Source: Lama glama (taxonomy: Eukaryota). From it: a stretch of DNA of 64,000 bases. Location of the stretch: the NCBI GenBank assembly GCA_028534125.1, contig CM052843.1:14694001-14758000 (forward strand), in the 5' to 3' direction. This document shows, one piece after another, positions 54,620 through 64,000 of this stretch (the stretch's first letter is position 1; every line of letters begins with the position of its first letter). A program made the position numbers and the translations under genes. The notes under the pieces were generated by a model that was given only the letters and a program-made list of their open reading frames with translations, ran no database searches and was not told the origin of the DNA.

Positions 54620-56419
54620 AATGGAATAGAAAAATGGATCTTGTTAAATGTTCACTGGTTAATACAAAATTTTGCTGAGATTTGTATTCTAATATAAAGT
54701 CATACTTTTGTGGGTTATTGTGTCCAGAAATATTCTGATGGTCAGTGTTCTGATTATTTTTTAATATTAATAATCATCCTTATGAAAGTGTTCAAATTTT
54801 ATTTTAAATGTTGATAAACATTGTACTTACGAATAATATTTTTAAAAAGAAAAATCCTAACTTAAATGAAGTTTTGTTAAGTGTATGTGAATTGACTTGC
54901 TAGTCGAGCAACACATGTGACATTTGAAAATATGCAATATTATAGTGTAGTACAGAATTCTTCATTACTTCATCTCAGAATCTTAAAATCTTACTCAAAA
55001 GAACCCTGACCAGTATCATGACAAAAAAGAACTTTTGGTGATATTTTCCTGAGCACCATTGAGAGGTGTCTTAAGAGATGTAGAGCTATTTAATTTGAAT
55101 TTTAGCAAATGGGTGGTTTTTAATTATACCTTTCATTTTACTAAGATTTGCCTATCTGTCATTTCATCCTGTTATTTACAACTTTTTGATTTGGGTTTGA
55201 CAGATAACAGTTTTATGGGTGAGAAAAATACAGAGAGGCCAGGTTTCTTGTCTGTAGTCCTTCACCTGTGTCGCCTCTGGGGGTGTTGGGTATTGCCCCT
55301 TTCTTGGACCTTGCTGATTCCCTTGTAGAAGACTTGAAATGGAATATTAAGTGTTTTGATATTTCCACTGTGTCTGGAAGCAAAAAAGCTAATGCTTTCT
55401 GAGGTTTTATCTTACTTTACTTTGTATCTTGATCTCAAACAAGACATGACTGCCTTTAAATCTATAATAAGTTAGCGTTTAATTTGATTTTTAAAACTTA
55501 GTTTCTTTGGCTTGAGTGCTCAGAAAAGTTCTGTAATTCACACTTTAAGTTAAATTGTATCAGTAGAGAATCATCTAAACTGATTTCCAAGGCAGAATAT
55601 TATTTTCTTAGTGTTCTTGGGTTCTAGATAAATTTTGTTTTATTAATCTTATTTTTGAAAGATTACTTAAATATTTGTTCTCATTGAGTCAGCTACCTGA
55701 TAAGGTAGTTTATGGTGCCTTGGTCTTTGATAATGACAAGCTAGAAACAAATAACAGAAAAGGTTGCCTGCCGTCATCGTGTTAATCGTTGCTTATGGTT
55801 TGAGGTGAATTCCATTAATAAAAATTTGGGTTCTGGTTATGACTTGAGACATATGATCTCTTTGACCCTCAGTTTCCTTATCTGTCAGCCTGCAGTAACA
55901 TCTTCAAAGTGCTTGGGAATTCAGTGGGGTAATGATGTGTAGAAATGCTCTGTAAATTCTAAGTGTTGTACAAAATGAAAGGTTGCATTATTCTTGTTCC
56001 TAGTGTGCTTTAATGCCATATAACAGTATTTTTAACTGCCATATTAGTTTTTTTTGAAACACTGAAAGGTTTAAGCATAATATGGATAATAATAATAAAT
56101 TAAGCATAGTATTTTATTAATATGATGAACTTAAGATTGTGTATTCCTTTGACAGGTATGGTTATTGAAGCTGAAAATAGGTGGTAAAATTTTTTAAATG
56201 TAAGAAATAAGATGAAAAATTAACGTTGATATGTTTAAATATGCTTCAAATCTGAACTTTAAAGATTTGGAGCGAGTTTTAGAGGTACTATAGGTTGAAC
56301 CTATGAAACAGTTTCTTAGCTTGGTTGGCTAAGGTTGTGGTGTATATATATGTATCTGTGAGCGAGTGATACCTCTGCAGAATAGTAGGTAGACTACTTG
56401 TATCTTTGTAAGAGAAGTA

Positions 56420-56875
56420 TTGTGTTATCTTGCAATAGCATCTGGAAAGGAGATCCTGAGATAGAGTTATAAATGGAAGAGGTTTATTGTGAGGTAAGAT
56501 CTGTATAGACAGGGGAATGAAGCAGGATTGGACCACCGTCTTTAGGCTACAGTGCAGATCTGGTAACTGGGTGGGGCTAGGAGAGTCTCAGATTACAGTA
56601 CAAATAGGTAACCAGTTCAAGGGGGGAGCTCCAAAGCAAGGGTTACTTTGTAGATGAGACAGGCATTGGGCAGAAGTGGCCGGGCCCTAGTGCCCCCACT
56701 GCTCAGTCGTTGGCTGGGGTCTGCTGGGGAAGAGCCAGGCCTTGGAGTGAAGGACTGAATGGTGCAATAGATCTCAGAGCCACTACTGCTGGTGGCTGTG
56801 CTACTATACTTGCTGCAGCCGAAGGGCAAGTGTCTTTATTAGAGGGAGATAAGCAGTGTATCTCCGTGGCTGCAT
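56420..56875. mobile_element. ERVL-class LTR (LTR16-like) remnant
   Basis: ctgagatagag...aggtttattg...ggggagctccaaagcaagg...ctcagtcgttggctgggg. Confidence 0.5.
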
Positions 56876-59322
56876 CTTTTTAATTCAAATAACGTATATT
56901 TTTAGGACAACGTGGCTATCATTACTGGTGTCTCCAGTAGTAAAAACAGTTGTACATTCATTGCATACTCCGTTATAGTTTGGTCCTATCACCCTCTCAA
57001 AAGTGGAGATAGGGTATAATTATTTTTATATACGTTTTTCAGCTCATTTGGCTATTAGAGATCTCAGATTTGAAGGTTGCCTTTCAAGCTTTTTAAAAAG
57101 TACCTCTGTTTACCAAAATAATCATCCTAGAAGTTTATCAGTGTATTTGAATGTTAGCAGGTTAATAAAACTGTGTTTTGGCTTATAAACATTAAGACAA
57201 TGAAGTATTAGAGTCGGGTCTTGGTTCAGCATGTTTAACTTTGTGTTGTGAATGTCTCATGGCTTGGACATGATTTTCTTTTTTAGGAAATTGGATTGCT
57301 CTAGCATTTTTATTTTCTCCTCATGTGCTTGTTTCTTTTGGGTACCTGTATTAAAAATCAAAATGAAAAGTTTTTATCATAGAGCAGGGTTTTCTATATG
57401 CATAATGGTTTTGACACTGTAAACATATATTCTTGATACTATTTTGTACTTTGACATCTGTGTTGCCAGATACAGATAACTGATTTATCACTATTCCAAA
57501 TTAAGTAGTTTATGGACTAATAGTCATCTCATTCTTATACAGGTCATCTTGGTGAGCCGTACGTAGCACAAGAGATCTGTTATATATCTTAATGGTTTTC
57601 AGTGATGTGGCTGCCCCATGGCAGTCGGGCAGTCACCGTGGGATTCAGATCATTTCTCTCTGTTTAGGAGTACTGAGTTAGGAAGAGACGTAGCTATGAT
57701 TCTGTGGAACCGTGCAACTAAGGAGGAAGCAGAAGGATCTTCCTATACCCGGGAAAGCCCCACAGAACGAAGACAATCTGTGTGGAGGGGCGCTCCTTTA
57801 TTGATTAGAGTGATCCAAGGGGAAACCAAGAGGCAGAAGTAGGTAGGGAGAGTAGAGGTTATTCTCAACATGAGAAGCAGAGGGGAAAACAGGGAAGTTT
57901 CTGTGTACTAAAATATTTGCCCTTTATTCACCAAATTATGTTTTGTACAGAATTTTGCTGAGATTTTAACATGTTATTCAGCAGCAGGTTTGACTTGGGT
58001 TTACATCAAATTGGTGCTCACAGATTGACAATTGGATTGACTTCAAAGTCACTGTTACTTTCAGTTCTTTAACTGTAGAGAGAAATTTAAGGTCTCTGTC
58101 ACTCAAAGTGAATCTGGTATTGTGTTCTAATTTTATTCTCTTCCATAAATAAACACTTGTCATTAGAGGTTAGAACCTTTTTACACGTAATTTTTAGTCC
58201 TGGATCCCTCTGCGAAGAGAATTTTCAAAATGTCAATTTAGGAGAACATTTAAATCAAGTTTAGGACATTTGTTAATTGGTATTTCAGAAGTAATACTTC
58301 TGATACAAGATGCAGTTCATAAAAGCACTTGTGAATATCTAACATGAAGTATGCTATAAATAAAAGCCACTTTAATAAAACGTGGCATCTCAACTTTAAA
58401 ATATCTCATTTCATCTGGAGAACTTCCTAAAATTCTAGATTTTGAAATAGTGCCATAGTGCCATGGTGGTCTATTCTTGCTAAAATCTTGAGTGAAAGTG
58501 TGCTTCATTTCTTTATGCCTTTTTTGTGTTCCTTTTTTTTAATATTTTAAAATCTTATTGTGGTTTATTTATAAAAACTAGAAAATATAAAAATCCATAA
58601 TGCCATTTATCTTTTCATTTAAATATGTGCTTATATATACATATAATTAAACTTTAGATTGACATGACATCAGACTGTCGGAAAAGTGGTACAGACAGCA
58701 TGATAGTACCTAGATACCTGTACCTGTAGTCCCCAAATGTTAACATTTTACTGTTTGTTTTAATATTTGAACTTTATCAGTATTTGCTTTATCATTCCCT
58801 CTCCACACGTGTTGTTTGGTACATATGTATTCATAACTTATATATAGGTATTGTGAATTATGTATTTTAGGTGTTAAAAAATGTCCTTTGTCATGTTTAA
58901 TGTTCAGAGTTGGGACTGGAATTCTCCTTTGCTTGATGTCAGTATAGGTTGTTTCTATTTGGCCTACATTTGCCCATTCCTTTGTTTTTTTCCCCATTCC
59001 TTTATTCCTGAATCACTTTGTCTTAATTGTGTCTTGCTTTGTGAGTTAGGTTGAAAAACTGTCTTTTAATTGATGAGCTAGGTCCATTTATATTTACTGC
59101 TGTTACTGATATATTTCATCTTAACTCTTTTTTGTTACAGTTACTGGGTACATCATGTTACAGTAGTTTTGTTTCTCTGCATGCTGTTTTATTTTGAAAA
59201 TTTCTTCTGATACTTAGATTTGTCTTAGTAGTTGCCTTTGTATTTATACTTTAAAAAAGGTTCTAAGTTGTCTGTTCTCTTATTTAAACTTTCACTATCT
59301 TGCTTATTTTAATGGTAATCTT

Positions 59323-59498
59323 CTTTTAAACTTTTTTGTTGAGTTACAGTCATTTTACAGTGTTGTGTCAAATTCCAGTGTAGAGCACAATTTTTCAGTT
59401 ATACATGAACATACATATATTCATTGTCACATTTTTTTTCGCTGTGAACTACCGCAAGATCTTGTGTATGTTTCCCTGTGCTGTACAGTATAATCTTG
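59323..59498 (-). mobile_element. Young 5'-truncated L1 3' end with 14-bp TSD
   Basis: TSD ttaatggtaatctt at 59309-59322 and 59499-59512; same family as 34281-34820. Confidence 0.9.
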
Positions 59499-59934
59499 TT
59501 AATGGTAATCTTTTGACTCCCACCTATTGTGTGTTCCGTGGTCACTGACTTTTTCTGCTTTCCTCTTCTCCCTTTTCCTTTCTTTTTTTAAGTTGCATTA
59601 TGTCTGCTTTGTCAGAACATTTATATATTCTTCCATTCTCTTTCCCACCTTTATTTTAAATTTAGATCTACAGTAAGATACATAAAATGCTTATCATTAG
59701 TCCTTTTGCTAAAGCTTTCCCAATCATTTCTTTGTTGGTTGAAGTTACTCAAGTAAGCTTCAAATACTCCTTGAGTTCTTTCATGTTTAAAACTTTTTCT
59801 ATAATCTTGATACTTAAAGGACAACTGGACCATCCTGGTTCACCTTTTTGTTCTCTTGTGATTCTTGAAAATGCTGCTACATTTTGCCTTGATTTTTATG
59901 GGGGGTTTTTTTGTACCTTTTTTTTTTAGAACAG

Positions 59935-60110
59935 ACATTGGCAGATTTCTCTTATAGAATAAAAAGCCAAGTAGTAATTATTTTAGGCTTTACTGGGCTT
60001 ATCATCTCTGTTGCAATACTCAGCTCTGCCCTTGTGGGTCAGAGCAGCCACAGATGATGTGTAAATGAATGGGCTTTTGCTCAAGGATCATAGTTTGCCT
60101 GCCTTGGACT
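59935..60110. mobile_element. MER58A-like hAT DNA transposon
   Basis: attttaggctt...tctctgttgcaatactcagctctgcc...gcagccacagatgatgtgtaaatgaatggg. Confidence 0.7.
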
Positions 60111-61944
60111 TCATTGTTCCCTAAACAGAGCTGTTGACTTCCTTCTTGGAACCTTCCTCTAGGATTTTTTTTTTTACATTAAAAGATAAGGGATGATTTT
60201 CTGGATTGCATAAATGTTACAAGAACATTTTTTTCTTAGTGAACAGCACAGAAGAAAAAATGGAAAACCAACTCCTAAGGGAAAAGTTGTGAAGTTCTTC
60301 AAAAGACCATAGCAAGTCTTCAACAATAAAATGGTATATTCATTGCTTCCATGAAGTATATGGAAGTCTTAATTGGCTTTTATGGGCAATATAAAATGTT
60401 ATTAGCAGCATCTAGAATTAGAGTGAATTGGTGTTTATGACCAATAAGGAAATATATTCAAAATTAAAATTATTTTTGATATATAATAAAGATCAGAGTT
60501 CACCTTTAGTTGTATTTTATGAATAATATTTTGAACGTTTTCAGTCAATATACATAACTAATTAGAAAAAATGGTGAGGAATCAATATACTTCATTATTG
60601 AATAGTAAATTACTGAGAGTAAATTCCAATTACTTAGATGAAAGAGCTTTTCAAGATAGTCTTTTTTTCAGGTGTCAGATTTTAAAGACTGAACTAAATC
60701 CAGGACATTAATCAGCTCTTTCAATTTTCACTTGCCTAAGAAGATTAGAGCAATTAATACTTGTTTAATTATGCAGTCTTTCTTACATTTATGGCCAAAT
60801 GTACCATGTAACTGTAGACTTTTTGTACTTAAATGTTTTGAATCACAGTATTTGAACAGTAAGTTTCTTCTTTTTTTTAATCTTGGGTTTTTCTTTTTGG
60901 TTTTAAAAGCATTTTTTAAAAATAAGGAAATCATTTATAATTTGTTGAACAGCAATTATGCAGAGATATTTGTGATACTTCATATAGTGCCCAGGTCAAG
61001 AAGAAACTTCGTTTTAATTCATTTTTGTTTAAACGCTTTTGCAAATTTCATTTTGCCTGAGACAGAATTTTACTTAGTTTTAAGAGACATCTGTGACTAT
61101 AAGTAGAGGTATTCCCTTAACTGTTTCGTAGGAAGGGCAGCAATAAAATTAGTTCTATGAAGTATACTGGAAGAACATGCTTAGAATAATAGTGAGACTG
61201 TCATGTTGATTTGATTGTTTTATTCTTTTAGAATCTTTTGGTTTTAAGTAAATAAAGATTGAAAATCTTCCAGAAAGGAATTTATTAGTGTATGAAAATG
61301 AGGAAGCTTTGAAACTATGAAATAAAGGGAGTGAAAAATAGCGGTAGTGGGAGTATTTATTTTCTATAACCATTTTTGCCAGTTTGTGGTCTGTAATTGC
61401 TTTGTTTATCTAAGTAGATGTAGCCTTTGTGACTCCATAGATAAGGTATAGTTTTTGTTGTAAATCTGCAACTTTGTAATTGAAAGTTAGTGTGACTGGC
61501 CTCTGGAGCTACGCAAGTAAAATTGTTAACTGTGCTTGTATCACTTTTGCAGATTGTTCTTATGAGCAAATGACAGTTCCTCTCCTAAGTATGTTGCTAC
61601 TAATATAGAAACTACCAGAACAGGTTTATGAGAGAATTAAGTCCAGAAGCCCTGAGGAATCCATCAGCTACACTGATTTTCTTCTGCCCTGGGAATCTGG
61701 GGAGAATAGCTCTATACCATCTAGCTCGTATGTCATCAGTCTAGCTCTGTACCATCTTGGGAGAATTACAGAAATGGTCACTCAGATGTTTTTTTTGTGG
61801 AGCTAATTTCTTTTGCAGGACCTCAGTCAGAAAGGGTGCTAAAGAAATGGTTTGTCAGAAGAGTAGGAGCAACAATCAATCAGGAAAAGGAAGGCTAGTT
61901 TAAGGAAGCTGACAGCGGAAGCAGTCTTCCTTTCTCTCTGAAAC

Positions 61945-62280
61945 TCTGTCCAGTATGGTAGTCATTAGCCGCATGTGGCAGTTTAAGTTTAAACTAATTA
62001 AAATTATATTTAAAAACCAGTTCCTTTGAGTACGGGAAGTTATTCACTGGTAGAGTGCTTGCTTAGCAGATCCTGGGTTCAATCCTCAGTACCTTCATTA
62101 AAAAACAAACAAACAAATAAATAAATAAATAAACCTAATTACCTGCCCTCGCCCACCTCCAAAAAAACCAAAACCCGATTCCTCAGTCTCTTTAGCCATA
62201 TTCCACGTGTTCAGTAGTCATGTGGCTGGTGGCTACATTTCTGTCATCTCTGGAAAGTTACATTGGACGGTACTGTTCTA
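61945..62280. mobile_element. MER3-like DNA transposon interrupted by a SINE
   Basis: ctgtccagtatggtagtcattagccgcatgtggc ... catgtggctggtggctac ... ttggacggtactg. Confidence 0.7.
62028..62172 (+). mobile_element. Camelid SINE (Vic-1-like, degenerate)
   Basis: tggtagagtgcttgcttagc...cctgggttcaatcctcagtacc, (aaat)n, aaacctaattacc tail; TSD-like aaaacc..ttcct. Confidence 0.8.
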
Positions 62281-63717
62281 AAACTTCATTGCCTAACTGC
62301 ATAAAAGACAGTTTTTATAGTTTAGATTACTTTTATTTCATGGATTTTTTTTAAGTTTTAATGGAAGAATTTCTCAGTCAAAAAGTGTAGATATTTTTGT
62401 GTGTTTTTAATCACTATTAATTTTTTTCAGATGATATCAATTGTACTCTTGCCAGCAGTTACCATTCAGTTGCATTTTTTCAAACATGGGATAGAATTGC
62501 TGCATTGCCATTCTCCTGTCCCCTCCAGTTCTAGATCAGTTTCCAAAAAAGATTTAAACTGTCTGTGTTCCTTGAGGTTGAGATAAGATGGATGGTTTGG
62601 GTGAGCACGTGATAAACTCACAAATGGATTTGGAAAAATTTTTAATTTGCATTTTTCCTGTGATACAGTCTGTAATTTTATACCAGATTCTCAAAGGGAT
62701 TAGTAGTCCTATTTGGTTAAGAACTAGTCTTACAGTTCTTACTCTGCAGGACAGGAAGATAATAATATGATGTTACAGTCTTTTAATGACTTTTGTCGCT
62801 GCTGGTTGGTTAGGAAGCACATTAAAAAGTTCTGAAAGAGTGTGTGTTTTAAAAATTATTATGAGAAGGTCATTAGTTGCATCTCCTGTTACGTGTTGTG
62901 ATCATTCTTTTATCTGATGCAGACATCTAAAAACAATACCCATGGTAGAGAAGGATAACAGACACTATTTTTTCCCTCTTAAATTCATGAATACCTCCTG
63001 CCAGTGTCCTCATGCTTCTTACAGCTTGTGGTTGGCTAGTGTTTAAAATATCTCAGAATTGCAGTGACCTTTTCAATAAACTATAATACAGCTCTCAGAA
63101 AAGTGCTGAGACATCTCCTAAAAAAACAGTTTTTTTGGTAGCTTCCTGCAAAGCCAAAATCGTTCAAAGTAATTGATCTCTGTCGTCAACAATAGCCCAG
63201 AAAAACACTCGGTATAGTAAATAGGGGATCCAGAATATTGCCATATTAGCACCCCTGGAATTGATGATCTGTAGAGCTAGAATGTGTACAGTTCGAATTT
63301 CAGAAATTGAAGTATTTCTGCTCATTCATTAAACAAATGGATTGCCAAAAATTTTGTTAGGGACAGAGAATACATCCCTATTCTTGAAGAGAAAGAAATA
63401 GAAGTTAAGATCCATAGTGTAAGTGCAAGCGTAGTGCTTTAAATGCAGGGGAGGAGTGGGGTGTTGGGGTGCAGAGGCTTCATAGAGAAGACGGTGGTTG
63501 AGCTGAGCCTTCAAGGACATGGTCTAGGTGAAGCTCTTCTGACTGAGGGAAAGGCATTCATAAAAGGGCACAGTGAGCTGATGTTGGTAAAGCTTTTAAA
63601 GGCCTTGAATGTGTGCTAAAGGGTTTGGACTTAATTGAGCCCAGTTAGAGGTGAAATGAGGATTATTTTCTTATCGTTGTGTACTTTTGTCTCTGCTATT
63701 CAGCTGATAAGAACCAT

Positions 63718-63895
63718 TAGATCTGTGCTGCCAGTTATGGTACCCACTTCCATGTGTGGCTGTTAATTAAAAGTAAATAAAATTCATTTCTTTAGTTGCA
63801 CTTGCCACATTTCAAGTGCTCAGGAACCACGTGAGTGGACAGTGCAGAGACAGAGCATTTCTGTTGATGCCAGAAGTGCTGTCGGGCAGCCTGAC
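63718..63895. mobile_element. MER3-like DNA transposon
   Basis: ttagttgcacttgccacatttcaagtgctca...ggacagtgcag. Confidence 0.65.
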
Positions 63896-64000
63896 AATAG
63901 ATATTTACATGAGGAGCTACAGTAGGATTTAAAAGTTTAAAAAGGAAAACTTTTGTTTGAGTTGTGGTTTAATGATATATACATATTTTATAAAAGGTAT

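Noticed and set aside
54663-57966. ~21-nt near-identical repeat taca(a/g)aattttgctgagattt at ~54663 and ~57946
   Set aside because: Only two copies of low-complexity AT-rich sequence; chance match plausible

Overview
Mammalian, intron-rich genomic window, very likely from a camelid (four tRNA-derived Vic-1-like SINEs). It holds the complete MTFR1 gene on the - strand: non-coding exon 1 in a CpG island at ~37 kb and 7 coding exons (29674->5437, 1008 nt, 335 aa) with GT-AG junctions and consistent phases. It also holds the 5' part of ARMC1 on the + strand (CpG-island exon 1 at ~45.7 kb, coding exon 49239-49421), head-to-head with MTFR1 about 8.5 kb away. The first ~170 bp are probably the 3' end of PDE7A (synteny inference). 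The rest is intron or intergenic DNA with L1, L2, MIR, LTR and DNA-transposon relics and two N-gaps. There is no prokaryote-type system, and almost all six-frame ORFs are spurious. Best leads: (i) the divergent pair encodes reported partners of a mitochondrial outer-membrane complex, and both 5'UTRs carry uORFs ending at or overlapping the main AUG; (ii) a polyproline plus WH2-like motif in MTFR1; (iii) a tandem 5' splice site that creates an immediate stop; (iv) a GC-biased substitution footprint in a Tigger element; (v) ARMC1 exon 3 not found, probably hidden in an assembly gap. Human comparisons and repeat family names are from memory and need database confirmation.
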